In this document: positions 1-11,394 of the stretch, in pieces | Layout: the number at the start of each line of letters is the position of its first letter | Numbering within the stretch: the first letter of the stretch is position 1 | IMG/VR virus record: IMGVR_UViG_3300013132_000038 | Length of the DNA: 64,000 nucleotides | Reading direction: 5' to 3' (one strand) | Origin: an uncultured virus (IMG/VR IMGVR_UViG_3300013132_000038) | Taxonomy: Duplodnaviria; Heunggongvirae; Uroviricota; Caudoviricetes | The notes under the pieces: model-generated | Database searches by the model: none | What the model saw: the letters and a program-made list of their open reading frames with translations, nothing else | Told to the model about the DNA's origin: nothing | Program-made: the position numbers and the translations under genes

Positions 1-344
1 AAAAAGTTATATTCTCAATAATTGGGAAAGAGTTAAAGACTGGAGTGATTTAGAGGTTGTTGTGATTCACGGTCCAACAGGAAATAGCACTTATTATTAT
101 TCTTATAAGGAAAAAATAAGAAAAAAAGAATATGGTAGTGGTATGATCTCAGATCTACTTATAAAGTCTGATCGAAAAAGAAAAAGAAACCAAAATCCGG
201 TTTTAACTATAAATGAAGTGGTTCTCGATCCAACCGACGGAGATTTTTCAATTACTATAAACGGAAAACAACACTGGTGGATACAAGACGGGGCCGTTAT
301 AATCATAGCAGACTATATAGAAAAACAAATAGTAAAAGAAGCCA

Positions 345-836
345 ATGAGAAGGAGATATAAAATGTATGGAATTGTTTGCGATAACATAAGTTCTTTACA
401 GAAGGGTGTCCAATTTAGTAAATCGTTGGTTGAATATAGTATAAAATACGGCGATAAAGAACCTTATAAGATATGGGCAAAAGGTGACAAATCCATAGCT
501 ATCTATAATGGAGGAAGCACAAATTCAAGGAGATTCGATGGAAAATACGTGGGTACTATTAACAGGTATTTAGATGAATTAAACAATAACCGGATAGAAT
601 CTGTTTCTTTTTATGAAAAAAATATGGGTGATCAATTAACTTCCATATGTTTACTTTTAGACGATAGGGTTTGGGACACTGAAAAATTTAATGACTATGA
701 TGGCCCGTGGAGAGATAATAATCAGCCTTATCAAATTCCTTATGAAAAATGGAGATCTAAATTTGGGGAGGAAGAGGAGGAGATTGATAGGATATTTTTT
801 CTTAGAAAATTTTTTAATAGATTGAGGATTATATGA
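345..836 (+). CDS. putative peptidyl-tRNA hydrolase (PTH2-like) phage protein
   Basis: Motifs SSLQKGVQF..., IYNGGSTN and FYEKNMGDQLTSICL resemble phage PTH2-like proteins; true start may be ATG 363. Confidence 0.35.
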   Translation: MRRRYKMYGIVCDNISSLQKGVQFSKSLVEYSIKYGDKEPYKIWAKGDKSIAIYNGGSTNSRRFDGKYVGTINRYLDELNNNRIESVSFYEKNMGDQLTSICLLLDDRVWDTEKFNDYDGPWRDNNQPYQIPYEKWRSKFGEEEEEIDRIFFLRKFFNRLRII

Positions 837-839
837 TTT

Positions 840-1859
840 ATGGCAAAAAAGATAAAGACCGAATCGGAGGTCAGAAAAAGAATTAATAATTTAATTAAAA
901 TAACAGAAAAAATGTCTAGGAAGTACAACAGAGATTATAATGATTATGTAGATGAGACGGATTTAGATTCAATAGACACAAACAAACACACACAGTGGTC
1001 TGTTTTACAGAATGATCAGTTTGCACCGTCTTATGTTTCTATACCCAACGTACCATCAGGTCTCTATGAAATGAAGTGGCATAGTCCACTTCAGTGCTGG
1101 GTCTTAGCAAAACAAGCTTTAAATATAGATGAGCTTTATGAACTCCCGTCTCCTGAGATAGAAAGCATAATGACTGATATTAAAATATTCTGGAGAAAAA
1201 GAGAAACATACAAGGATTATAACTTTGTACATAAAAGAGGTATCTTACTCTATGGAGATCCTGGGTGTGGTAAATCCGGTATTATACAGCTGTGTGTTAA
1301 AAATCTTATCGAGGAAGAAAATGGTATAGTTATAAATATAAAAGAGGACGAGGACTTCAAAGCTTTCCTGGAGTTTGTTCCAACTATTAGAACTATAGAA
1401 CCTGATAGACCTCTCATTGTGATATTAGAGGATATAGATTCATTGGCTGGCGAGGACAGATATTCGACTACTAAATTATTAAATATCCTAGACGGTGTTA
1501 AACAAATAGAAAATGTTGTTTACATAGCAACTACAAACTATCCGGAAAAATTACAAGAAAGAATAACTAATAGACCCTCAAGATTTGACCGAAGATATGA
1601 GGTTCAAATGCCTTCCAGAGAAATAAGAGAGGCTTATATAAAAAACAAGCTTTCTGTGGAAGATTTAAAAAATATAGATCTTGATGAATGGCTAGATTCC
1701 AGCGACGACATGTCTCTTTCGCACTTAAAAGAACTTGTAATATCAGTAATAGTTATGGGCAAAGATTTTTATGAATCCCTATCATCCCTAAATTCACTAT
1801 CAGATAAACCAAAGATCAAGGGAGGTAAAAGAAAATCCAGCATTGGATTTGGAAAATAA
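840..1859 (+). CDS. AAA+ ATPase
   Basis: Walker A GDPGCGKS, Walker B ILEDID, sensor TTN, RPSRFDR arginine finger. Confidence 0.9.
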   Translation: MAKKIKTESEVRKRINNLIKITEKMSRKYNRDYNDYVDETDLDSIDTNKHTQWSVLQNDQFAPSYVSIPNVPSGLYEMKWHSPLQCWVLAKQALNIDELYELPSPEIESIMTDIKIFWRKRETYKDYNFVHKRGILLYGDPGCGKSGIIQLCVKNLIEEENGIVINIKEDEDFKAFLEFVPTIRTIEPDRPLIVILEDIDSLAGEDRYSTTKLLNILDGVKQIENVVYIATTNYPEKLQERITNRPSRFDRRYEVQMPSREIREAYIKNKLSVEDLKNIDLDEWLDSSDDMSLSHLKELVISVIVMGKDFYESLSSLNSLSDKPKIKGGKRKSSIGFGK

Positions 1860-1890
1860 CATCCAAGGATATATAATCTAAGACTAACAA

Positions 1891-2955
1891 ATGAAGAGTT
1901 TTAGAGATAAATTTCCGGGGCTTACTGAAGAACAGATAAGAATCAAGTATAAAATCTGGGAGAAAGAGAAGGAGAGAGAAAAACAACTCAGAGAGTCTAT
2001 CGAGAGAAGAAGACGAAATCCTTTTAAAGAAGATGACGAAGGCGACGAGGGAGCATCCTACACAGGCAGTTTAGACGTGGACGGAACACATGGGGTAGTT
2101 TCTGATGCTGCACTAGTTGGTTCTGATATTACTTTTTTCTACCACAACGGAAATAGGGTCTTTACTAAAACAGATTCAAACGGTGCATTTAATGTACCAA
2201 GAAGTTTTGGTGACGGATGCGTTATTGCTAATGGCGGTATAGATTTGGTTAACGGTTTATCTTATATGGGTCAATATAGAATAGATTCCGCATTTTTTCA
2301 TAAGTATAGAGCGATAACACCAATCACACACATTGCAAGTCACATTTGGGACTGCACCCCTACTCGAACCCCCGAGGAAGCAATGGACCTGGTTATTAAT
2401 AATATATCACACCTTACAAGCATAAACATACCTAATATAGACAAGAACTTTTTATTCAACGGAGATCATGTTAAGATTACACTAGCCGAGATAGAAGGAG
2501 CTAAAGAGGTCCAGGCAATAAATACCATCATAGAAATATATTCTGATCTTATAGGAGCTCTAAAATCAAATTTAGAAGGGGAAATAATTCATAATAAAAC
2601 AGAAACATATAAGGAGATAGGAAATTATTTGCTTATGAGGGTGAATGGACAGGAATCTATGAATTACGCCGACGATTTTTTTAAATTTCATGTGTCTAAC
2701 CAGAAAAAAAATCACGAAATGTGCTGTTCTTATTTAATAAACAAGGCAATAAAAAGCATAAATAAGGCTTTAGTTAAAGATCCTATACAAGCAACTAAAG
2801 AAATACAGGCTTTAAACTTTATAGTCAAAAGTGAATGGTGTGATAAATCACTACATATGACAAATGATTCCTGCGCAAGTCCTCAAAAAATCTGGGATAG
2901 CATAGAAGGAAAAAATCCTATTAACTTGATAGATTCTATAAACCTAGGGGTTTAA
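1891..2955 (+). CDS. hypothetical late protein
   Basis: 354-aa ORF preceded by GATATATA motif at 1868. Confidence 0.5.
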   Translation: MKSFRDKFPGLTEEQIRIKYKIWEKEKEREKQLRESIERRRRNPFKEDDEGDEGASYTGSLDVDGTHGVVSDAALVGSDITFFYHNGNRVFTKTDSNGAFNVPRSFGDGCVIANGGIDLVNGLSYMGQYRIDSAFFHKYRAITPITHIASHIWDCTPTRTPEEAMDLVINNISHLTSINIPNIDKNFLFNGDHVKITLAEIEGAKEVQAINTIIEIYSDLIGALKSNLEGEIIHNKTETYKEIGNYLLMRVNGQESMNYADDFFKFHVSNQKKNHEMCCSYLINKAIKSINKALVKDPIQATKEIQALNFIVKSEWCDKSLHMTNDSCASPQKIWDSIEGKNPINLIDSINLGV

Positions 2956-3549
2956 TTACCTGTGGTGATCGAGATCTGTCGGATACTCTTTTAGTTTTCC
3001 CATTATTCTTTTAAGATCGTCATATGAATATGGCTTATAATCGTTGGTATCTACGCCAATATCCATAGTTTTTCTTCTTCCAGATCTAGTCCACCATTCG
3101 TCATCTTTAAGATTATTGTGGCAGTGCCCATATAATTGCCAAGAACCTTTGTGGTAGTTATTCCATATTTTCATAGGCCAATGACTAAGAACTATATAAC
3201 TATCCTCTATCTTTAATTCTAAATATGAATTAACGCTTTGAAAAATATCCTGGCAGTTATCCCTGTTCTTATAAATATTTTCGTCATGATTTCCTAGAAT
3301 TAAATGTATGTTCTGACATATTATTCTTTCTCTGAATTTAAAAACATTCTCAACCCCGCCAAAACTCCAATCCCCTAAATGATATAGAATATCTTCTTGA
3401 CCAACAACAGAATTTATTGAATCTACTATTTTATTGTTGTGATCTTCCAAGTTTTTAAAATCTCTGCATCCCGATTTATCATCCCATCTGCTAAGACCTA
3501 AAACTATGTTTTTATGTCCGTAATGTGTATCTGAAGTAAAGTATATCAT
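2956..3549 (-). CDS. calcineurin-like metallophosphoesterase
   Basis: SDTH, HLGD, GNHD, GHCH motifs. Confidence 0.9.
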   Translation of the reverse strand: MIYFTSDTHYGHKNIVLGLSRWDDKSGCRDFKNLEDHNNKIVDSINSVVGQEDILYHLGDWSFGGVENVFKFRERIICQNIHLILGNHDENIYKNRDNCQDIFQSVNSYLELKIEDSYIVLSHWPMKIWNNYHKGSWQLYGHCHNNLKDDEWWTRSGRRKTMDIGVDTNDYKPYSYDDLKRIMGKLKEYPTDLDHHR

Positions 3550-4069
3550 AATTATTATAGTATGGAACTTTTATAAAATTTCTTGTAAAATTAATATGAT
3601 TTATGAAAAATTTAAAGAGTGTATAGATAATTTAATAACTATGCACAATAAAAATCTAGAAGATCTTCATGTTTATTTAAAAACAAATAACTACTTTAGT
3701 CGGAATGGAGAATGACAATAAATCTATAATAAATTGGGAACTTCACCAAAAGCTTTCTCCTAAAAGAAAAATAGATACCGAATACAAATATAAAAGGCCT
3801 AATGGAAATAAAAAGCCGGGATGTTTTAAAAAAATGGTATCTCATATTAGAAAAGTGCTTAAGGGATTAACTGACTTAATGAAAAACGGACATGCACCAA
3901 GGAGCTAAACAAAATCCTAAAATAGTTATAGATGAAAAAATCTATGTGGTCGAAAAATTCTTTATATCTGAGCTTGGATATCTTATGATGAGATTATATT
4001 CGGAGTCTAATAAAACTTACACTACATACAATTTAGGAACACACGATCCGGAAGAAAACATATTTAAAG

Positions 4070-4579
4070 ATGCAATCAGAAAAAAATAAAGACCTAATAC
4101 TAATAAATGTAGAAGGCCCTTTACTTAAGGTAAAAAAAGCTGATAATGATGATTATGTTCTATATGATTCTGAAGATTCTATAGTAGATATACTAAATCA
4201 TAAAAAATTTGTAGATTTTATATTTAATAATAGTCCGGTAGTTTATACCAACGGAAAAGAAATTCGATATAAAGATTTTGCCCCTGCATCTAGAGCTAAT
4301 AGAGGAGAGCTTGCTAGATTTATGTTTGGTAAATCTGTTAGTACAGGATTTTTGGAATTTAGTAAAATTGATGGACAATGGCTATCTCCTGTCCCAGAGG
4401 AAAGAGAATGGCAAGAGGACGTTTTAAAAGAGGTATTTCCTAGTTACCCTAACGGAGCTCCTAGATGGCAATACCTCAATGGTCTACTTCAGATAGCTCT
4501 AAGATATAAAGAACACGTCGAAGTAGATCATGGTGTTAATTATGAAAATGAAGAATTAGAAGACGAAGAGAATGGCTAA
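4070..4579 (+). CDS. hypothetical protein
   Basis: 169-aa ORF in a tightly packed operon. Confidence 0.5.
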   Translation: MQSEKNKDLILINVEGPLLKVKKADNDDYVLYDSEDSIVDILNHKKFVDFIFNNSPVVYTNGKEIRYKDFAPASRANRGELARFMFGKSVSTGFLEFSKIDGQWLSPVPEEREWQEDVLKEVFPSYPNGAPRWQYLNGLLQIALRYKEHVEVDHGVNYENEELEDEENG

Positions 4580-4916
4580 AAAATTAATCTATATAGCATC
4601 ACCATATACCAATCCAGATGAAAGAATAAGACACGAAAACTACTTGATAGTTACTAAGATAGCGGGGGATCTTGTTTCAAGAGGAGCGGTTGCTATCTCT
4701 CCTATCACATACGGACATGTTATAGCTGAACACACTAAAATGCCAACTGATTGGGATTTTTGGATGGATTTCTGTCTTGTACTTTTATCTAAATGTGACG
4801 AGATTCTTGTATGTAACACTATGGTTGGGTGGGAGGAATCTAGAGGAGTTACTGCAGAAATTGAATTTGCTAAAAAAAATGGAATAGAAATAAAATATTT
4901 AAAACCTATAAAATAA
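4572..4916 (+). CDS. DUF1937 / nucleoside 2-deoxyribosyltransferase-like protein
   Basis: IYIASPY ... SPI ... W..S.GV.AEIEFA pattern. Confidence 0.7.
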   Translation: MAKKLIYIASPYTNPDERIRHENYLIVTKIAGDLVSRGAVAISPITYGHVIAEHTKMPTDWDFWMDFCLVLLSKCDEILVCNTMVGWEESRGVTAEIEFAKKNGIEIKYLKPIK

Positions 4917-4924
4917 GATAAAAT

Positions 4925-5281
4925 ATGTCGAATGTAACTGTGCTGGTGATTGGTATTTTATTTGGGTTTATTGCACAGATCATGACCTTTTTTCAGCTAC
5001 AAGGCCCCCTGAAATATGATTGGTTTAAAAATCACTACTGGCTAACTGTGTTAATGGGTATTCCTATATCGATAGTTTTTATGTATTCTGTCAAAAATAT
5101 GGTTATTGCCTTTGATGGACAAATGTGGCCGTCCAGATTAATAGGTTTTAGTATAGGTGCAATGGTTTTTACCTGGCTTAGTTGGACAATATTTAATGAA
5201 CCAATAAATTTAAAAACTCTTGTGTGTCTTTTGTTATCTGCTGCTATATTAATAATACAACTAGTATGGAAAACACCCTAG
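4925..5281 (+). CDS. small multi-pass membrane protein
   Basis: About four hydrophobic helices, DMT/SMR-like layout. Confidence 0.6.
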   Translation: MSNVTVLVIGILFGFIAQIMTFFQLQGPLKYDWFKNHYWLTVLMGIPISIVFMYSVKNMVIAFDGQMWPSRLIGFSIGAMVFTWLSWTIFNEPINLKTLVCLLLSAAILIIQLVWKTP

Positions 5282-5826
5282 ATATAATAATTGAAAGCAT
5301 GACTGATGCTGAATGGGGGAGGATAAAGCTTAAAGTTGATTCAAACAGAGCACATAGATCCGCTGAAAAATTTAGAGATAAGAGAGAGTCTGCTATAAAG
5401 TTTGGCGATTGGATTCTAAAGAAGAATTTGGTAAATGGTTATGATGAAGACGGATCATCCTGTTGGGTTGTCCCTGACGGAGAGGGTAACACCTACACGA
5501 CACTAGAGATTTATAATATTTATTTAAGAGAGGATTGGGAAGATGTAGGGGATGACAATATAGAAGACACAATATGACAGAAAGAGAGCTACACCTTTTA
5601 GGATTTGAGCAAAAAATACAGAATGACCCAAATTGGGGGGTTTATCACTACTACACCTATGAAGTATCTAAGGGATTAGATTTTATATCTAACGCTAGCG
5701 ATGAAATAAAGGAGGGAGATGAATGGTATGTTGAGTTTTTTGAATCTGATCCCGCAATTAGATTTTATGAATTTGGTCAAGTTCAGGCATTAATAAATCT
5801 TTTAGAAAAACACAAAGTAAATAAGG

Positions 5827-6963
5827 ATGAACAATCTAGATAAAAACTATCAATCACTCCTACAAGACATTCTTGACAATGGAGTAGAAAAGAAAGACAG
5901 AACTGGTACGGGGACACTATCAGTATTCGGAAGACAAATAAGACATAAAATGTCAGAGGGCTTTCCGTTACTTACAACAAAGAAAATGTATTGGAAAGGA
6001 ATTGTAACTGAATTGTTATGGTTTTTACGCGGCAATACAAACATTAAATTTCTCGTTGATAATGATTGTCATATTTGGAATGGGGATGCCTATAAAAGAT
6101 TTACATACTACACTGATGAAGAAACTTCAATGGATAGATTCATTGAATTAATCAAAACAGATGATGAGTTTGCTAAGAAGTGGGGTGAATTAGGGCCAAT
6201 TTACGGGAAGCAATGGAGAGATTGGGGTGGTAAAGAAGTAACCGTGATAGATGGAAATGTAGTAACTATAACGAATGATCAAATTCAAGAACTGATCAAC
6301 GACCTTAGAACAAATCCAGACTCAAGACGATTGATGGTTTCGGCTTGGAATGTAGGCGAATTAGATCAAATGACACTTCCACCTTGTCATTATGGATTTC
6401 AAGTTTATACGAGACCAACTACTAGGGAAGAAAAGATAGTTAATCCTGGTAAGTATAGAGCAATATCTTTAATGTGGAACCAGCGTTCTGCAGACGTTTT
6501 TTTAGGACTTCCTTTTAATATAGCTTCCTATGGCCTACTTCTAGAAATTATCGCTAAAGAGGTAAATATGGTTCCTGATGAATTGATTGGTAACTTGGGA
6601 GATACCCATTTATATTTTAATCATATCGATCAGGCGAAAGAACAGATTGGTAAAAAATATACACCGCAGGAAAGAGAATTGATGCTCAAAGATGCAATGA
6701 GCTGGAGAAAATATAATAAAGCAGTGAATGAATTAGAATCATTCGGAGGAGGTATGAGCGAATATTACGATGCTCACAAGATTCCAAAAACTACAAGAGA
6801 TCCTTACCCCCTACCCAAGTTAAATTTCAATAGCGAATGGTGGGATAAGCCTTTTATGCAAGCAGTCATGTCGAATGCTTTCTGTAAGTGCTTATTGGAG
6901 GAGGATATACAATTGTCAGGATATCAATCACATCCCACTATTAAAGCACCACTAAATAATTAA
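5827..6963 (+). CDS. thyA: thymidylate synthase
   Basis: DRTGTG, FPLLTTKK, LPPCH, QRSADVFLGLPFN motifs. Confidence 0.97.
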   Translation: MNNLDKNYQSLLQDILDNGVEKKDRTGTGTLSVFGRQIRHKMSEGFPLLTTKKMYWKGIVTELLWFLRGNTNIKFLVDNDCHIWNGDAYKRFTYYTDEETSMDRFIELIKTDDEFAKKWGELGPIYGKQWRDWGGKEVTVIDGNVVTITNDQIQELINDLRTNPDSRRLMVSAWNVGELDQMTLPPCHYGFQVYTRPTTREEKIVNPGKYRAISLMWNQRSADVFLGLPFNIASYGLLLEIIAKEVNMVPDELIGNLGDTHLYFNHIDQAKEQIGKKYTPQERELMLKDAMSWRKYNKAVNELESFGGGMSEYYDAHKIPKTTRDPYPLPKLNFNSEWWDKPFMQAVMSNAFCKCLLEEDIQLSGYQSHPTIKAPLNN

Positions 6964-6966
6964 TTA

Positions 6967-7797
6967 ATGAATTATATTAAAATCTACAGTATTTTTAAAA
7001 GGCACAAATATGATCTTTTGTGGATTTATTTTTTCATGTTAATTACCGAACTTTTTATACTTTCAACCCCATTTCTATTGGGTAAAAGCATAGATGGACT
7101 AATTAATGGTAAATGGTTTTGGTTAATTCTGTTAGGGATTTCATATTTAGCATCCACTTTTTTTAATTATAAAAGAATGGTATATGATACCAAAGTTTAC
7201 ACTAAGATCTATAATGGAATAGTTTTTAGATTTTTAAAAAAATCAAATCTGGACACGTCAACTAAAATAGCTAGAACTGACATGGCGCATGAGATAGTAT
7301 CCGTGTTAGAGGGATATGTTCATTATTACATAGCAACCATTGTTACTATAGTGGGATCTATAGGATTTATTTATGGGGAAAACTGGCGGGTGGGTCTTTT
7401 AGTAACTTTAGCTGCTATTTTAATAGTTATTGCTGTTAAAATACTATACAAAAAAATTAGGCAGGCAATAATAATCAGAAATAACCACTACGAGAATAAA
7501 GCAGAGGCTATACAAGGTGGATATCACAGATCAGTTTCTTTTTTTAATAGAAGAAGAAGATTGGATATTTTTGAGTCAACTCTCCAGGGTAAAAATTGGT
7601 TTATCGTTGGATCGATAAAAAACTTTTTCCTATTTCTTTCTATTATACTACTCGTCACAACAACGGAGGATATAACCATCGGAAGCGTTATTACCGTGTA
7701 TTCTTACGTAAATAATTTTTTAATATCTCTTCTTTCAGTTCCAGTTGCAGTAGAGATGTATTCAAGACTTAGCGATATATTAGGAAGAATAAATTAA
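6967..7797 (+). CDS. ABC-transporter-type six-transmembrane domain protein without an ATPase domain
   Basis: PFLLGKSIDGL, R..YDTKVY and several TM helices; no Walker motifs. Confidence 0.65.
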   Translation: MNYIKIYSIFKRHKYDLLWIYFFMLITELFILSTPFLLGKSIDGLINGKWFWLILLGISYLASTFFNYKRMVYDTKVYTKIYNGIVFRFLKKSNLDTSTKIARTDMAHEIVSVLEGYVHYYIATIVTIVGSIGFIYGENWRVGLLVTLAAILIVIAVKILYKKIRQAIIIRNNHYENKAEAIQGGYHRSVSFFNRRRRLDIFESTLQGKNWFIVGSIKNFFLFLSIILLVTTTEDITIGSVITVYSYVNNFLISLLSVPVAVEMYSRLSDILGRIN

Positions 7798-8133
7798 ATT
7801 AATAATATGAAAAATCCAAAAATGTCTCCAGTTATTAGATCTGGAATTAAAATTATCGAAAACACAATCGAAGGAGTTACTGTTAAGATACTAGACGAGG
7901 AAATGTCTAGAAGCGAGCCTAGTGAATTACTTCCATTGGGTGCACTAGGTGTTAATGTTGACATAAATTGGGAAGGAATAGGGTCCAAGAAAGCTTTTCT
8001 TACTACTGAATTTTGTGAGCAAATGCACTCAACGTACGGGGATAAAATAGCAGAAGAGTTTATTCTACCCATGTTTAAAGATGAAATGGAAAAGGTAGGT
8101 GAACAAACTTATGAATAAGATATCAGTAAAATA

Positions 8134-8553
8134 ATGGAACTATTAAATACACATCCTATTAAAAAATCAGACCTTGGATTTCATGGTAATCTATTTGGCG
8201 GAAAACTTCTCGCGTGGATAGACGCTGCCGCGGCAGGATATTGTATGCAGCTATGTGACAGCCCTAGAATGGTAACAGTTTCCATAGATAAGTGTAATTT
8301 TGAAAAGCCCGCTAGAGAAAGTCAACTTCTAAAAATATACGGATTACCTACAAGGGTTGGTAATTGCTCCGTTACTTTATATATGGAGGCTAGAGCACAT
8401 AACGTTTATACAGGAAAACAGGTTCTCGTTTTAAAGACACACATAACATTCGTTCATATTGACGAGGAAGGAAATCCAATACCTATTGGAGAGAAAGGAA
8501 AAAATAGGATAAATAGAATGTTAGAAATAAAAGAAAAAGATGGAGAAGATTAG
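8134..8553 (+). CDS. acyl-CoA thioesterase (hotdog fold, YciA-like)
   Basis: DL..HGNLFGGKLLAWID, TFVHIDEEGNP. Confidence 0.85.
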   Translation: MELLNTHPIKKSDLGFHGNLFGGKLLAWIDAAAAGYCMQLCDSPRMVTVSIDKCNFEKPARESQLLKIYGLPTRVGNCSVTLYMEARAHNVYTGKQVLVLKTHITFVHIDEEGNPIPIGEKGKNRINRMLEIKEKDGED

Positions 8554-8953
8554 AATCTATTTAGATGACATTAGAACTCCTATAGAGAACGATTGGGCAG
8601 TTTGTAGGGATTATAATGATTTTGTAAATAAAGTCTCTGAAATAGGCTTAGAAAACATTTATATGATATCTTTAGATCATGATCTAGGGGAAACTGCAAT
8701 AAGAGAATATTTTAAGAATGTATCAAAAAACTACATCTTAAATTATGATAACATCCAAGAAAAAACTGGATATGATTGTGCTAAGTGGTTGGTAGACCAA
8801 AGCATGGAAAAAGATGTTCAGCTTCCGTTGATATTAACCCATAGCGCTAACCCAATAGGGTCTGCAAATATCATGGGTTACATAAACAATTATCTTAAAA
8901 ATAAAAGATTATCTCAGAATTGTGTGAGAACTAAAATACCTCACACTGTTTAA
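8540..8953 (+). CDS. cyclic-phosphate-processing receiver-like domain protein
   Basis: YLDDIR.P, ISLDHDLG, TGYD..KWL, HSANP.G motifs. Confidence 0.75.
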   Translation: MEKIRIYLDDIRTPIENDWAVCRDYNDFVNKVSEIGLENIYMISLDHDLGETAIREYFKNVSKNYILNYDNIQEKTGYDCAKWLVDQSMEKDVQLPLILTHSANPIGSANIMGYINNYLKNKRLSQNCVRTKIPHTV

Positions 8954-8966
8954 GAATATATACAAT

Positions 8967-9296
8967 ATGGAGTTTATAAAAAAACTTTTTTCCGCTATTG
9001 CTCTTTCTCTAATAGTATCTCTTCCTTTGTCGATGCTAGAGGCTTTGACTGTATATTCTATTGTGGATCTTTATGAAATACCATACTTAATAAAATTTAA
9101 ATATTATCAGATTCTGGGTATAATCTTTATCGTAATGATAACAAGAAATAGGATTAGAATAGAATCAGAGGATGATCGAGATTTAGAGAATGATCTAATT
9201 TCTTCCATCATATCTTTGAGCCTTAATAGATTATTTAGAATAATATTTGTCTGGTCAGTTTCTTTTGCGGTTCATTATATTTTCTTTAACAACTAA
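8967..9296 (+). CDS. membrane protein
   Basis: Three hydrophobic segments. Confidence 0.5.
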   Translation: MEFIKKLFSAIALSLIVSLPLSMLEALTVYSIVDLYEIPYLIKFKYYQILGIIFIVMITRNRIRIESEDDRDLENDLISSIISLSLNRLFRIIFVWSVSFAVHYIFFNN

Positions 9297-9307
9297 AAAA
9301 CAAGTAA

Positions 9308-9850
9308 ATGATAAGCACTCTCTTAACTATAATTATACCTTGTAAAAACTCGGTAACTAAGCTAAAGAAAACTATCGAGGATATAGCACAAAAGACAAAG
9401 ATAAAAGATACAAGAGTTTTAGTACTAGATTTTGGATCTGTTGACGGGTCATATCAATATGCTGCTCAAGCATCACAGGAAATGATAAGAATTATCAAGA
9501 TCGAATCTATAAAAATGGAAGAGGAAGAAACATTAAAGAATGCTTACGATCTAGTAAATACTCCTTACGTGTTAGTTATGACCCCCGGATCAACTTTTAA
9601 AGATCCTGATGTTTTTTTTACATCCGTAAATGAAGTATCTAAAATAAATTATCCCGTAGCTTATTTAAAGAAAGTCAATTTTATAAACGATTTAATGTCT
9701 ACAGTATTGAAAAATAAGAGAAAAATAAGCGCTATATTTTCCAATAAAGAATTGTTAAACATTTTGGACCACGATCCAGCAGATCCTGATTCTGAGATAT
9801 CCTTAGAAAATATGTCTAAAGGAATAAAAGTTGGTGGATTTACTAACTAG
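9308..9850 (+). CDS. glycosyltransferase family 2-like protein, possibly degenerate
   Basis: LTIIIPCKN ... VLDFGSVDGS N-terminus; DxD replaced by TPG. Confidence 0.55.
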   Translation: MISTLLTIIIPCKNSVTKLKKTIEDIAQKTKIKDTRVLVLDFGSVDGSYQYAAQASQEMIRIIKIESIKMEEEETLKNAYDLVNTPYVLVMTPGSTFKDPDVFFTSVNEVSKINYPVAYLKKVNFINDLMSTVLKNKRKISAIFSNKELLNILDHDPADPDSEISLENMSKGIKVGGFTN

Positions 9851-10172
9851 CTATTGGTGATACATTTTTCTTTTTCTGCTAGATCTATCTTCTAGCAAAT
9901 CAAATTCTTCTTTTACGCTATTCCAAAGAATCTCCAGTGGCTTACTAATATTTCCGCCATCTTTCTGGATAGATGCTATGAATTTAACCCAAAGTTTAAA
10001 TTCTTTTTCGTCTCTTACGTTAATTCCCTCTTTCCTGGAGGAACCTTTTGATAACATCTTTTTAAAATTTTAGTTAAACTTATAACTTTTAATAGTGCTA
10101 AATTAACATCTTATTGTTAATAAAAAAAATATAATCAGGGTTTTTTGTATTATTTTCTTAAAAAAACATCAA

Positions 10173-10484
10173 TTATGGATGATTTTGGAAGTGTTCTTTT
10201 GCTTCTTTAGCCATTTGCGCGTACTCGTATAGCTCATTATTGACAAAATATTCTATGGCTTTTTCCATTGCTCTAGGAATATCGCTTCTTTTCATGTATA
10301 TTTTAGAATAAACTTCATCTTCCCACGAGAACTCCATAAAAGATTCTTCTATAAGGTCCTTATTTTTAGCTAAATAAAGAGCAGTCTCAACAGATCTTTT
10401 ATAAACTTTACCAGGATTTCTTGTTAGCCATTCTTCCAAATGATCTGGATCAACTTCGTTTATCATTTCTATTTCTTCAATCAT
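10173..10484 (-). CDS. hypothetical protein with C-terminal UVR-like motif
   Basis: AIEYFVNNELYEYAQMAKE. Confidence 0.45.
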   Translation of the reverse strand: MIEEIEMINEVDPDHLEEWLTRNPGKVYKRSVETALYLAKNKDLIEESFMEFSWEDEVYSKIYMKRSDIPRAMEKAIEYFVNNELYEYAQMAKEAKEHFQNHP

Positions 10485-10728
10485 ATAAAGTTCATACTAT
10501 GCAAAAGATGTTTTGTTCCGAAACTAAAATCGATGCACACAATAAAAACATTATAAATAAGACTATGGAAAATTCAATAATTTTACCTTCATGTATTTCT
10601 CATTTAAATGAGATTAAAATAGAAACATTGGAAGAAGCAATGAAGTTTGAGCTTTTGATGGAAATATACAAGAAAAAAACATATCTTGAAATATCTAATA
10701 TATTAGAACAGGAGGAAACTAAACAATT

Positions 10729-11394
10729 ATGAAGCTAGTATTTATATCGGATACGCATACACTACATAATAGATTTAATATTCCAGATGGGGATTTCATT
10801 ATTCATTGTGGAGATGTTTCTAGTAGAGGATATAGAAGCGAGGTTGAAAATTTTTTAGATTGGTACTGCGCTCTTCCCCATAAGCACAAAATTATGATAC
10901 CAGGAAATCATGATTTTTTCTTTGAAGAATACTACGAAGCTTCAGAAAATTATTGTAACTCTAGGAATATACATTTACTTGTCGACCGCGGTATAGAACT
11001 AGAAGGTATTAAATTCTGGGGATCACCAATAACTCCATATTTTCATAATTGGGCTTTTAATAGATTTAGAGGATCTTCTATAGAACAGCACTGGAATAAA
11101 ATACCGGAAGATACTGATGTTCTAATAACACACGGTCCTCCTGCACACATGGAAAACTATCTATCTATGGTTATAGAAGGAGAAGACGTAGGATGTGAGG
11201 ATCTATATAAAGCTATAAAAAAAAGGGTGAACCCCAAAATAAATGCTTTTGGGCATATTCATGAAGGCTATGGTACTCATGATGATGGTAGCACATTGTT
11301 TATAAACTGTAGTCTATTAAATAGAAGATATAGTCCAGTAAATAAACCTATTGAGGTATTATACGAAGATGGAAAATTCACTCTCAATAAATAA
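10729..11394 (+). CDS. metallophosphoesterase (MPPED-like)
   Basis: SDTH, HCGD, GNHD, THGPP, GHIHE. Confidence 0.9.
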   Translation: MKLVFISDTHTLHNRFNIPDGDFIIHCGDVSSRGYRSEVENFLDWYCALPHKHKIMIPGNHDFFFEEYYEASENYCNSRNIHLLVDRGIELEGIKFWGSPITPYFHNWAFNRFRGSSIEQHWNKIPEDTDVLITHGPPAHMENYLSMVIEGEDVGCEDLYKAIKKRVNPKINAFGHIHEGYGTHDDGSTLFINCSLLNRRYSPVNKPIEVLYEDGKFTLNK

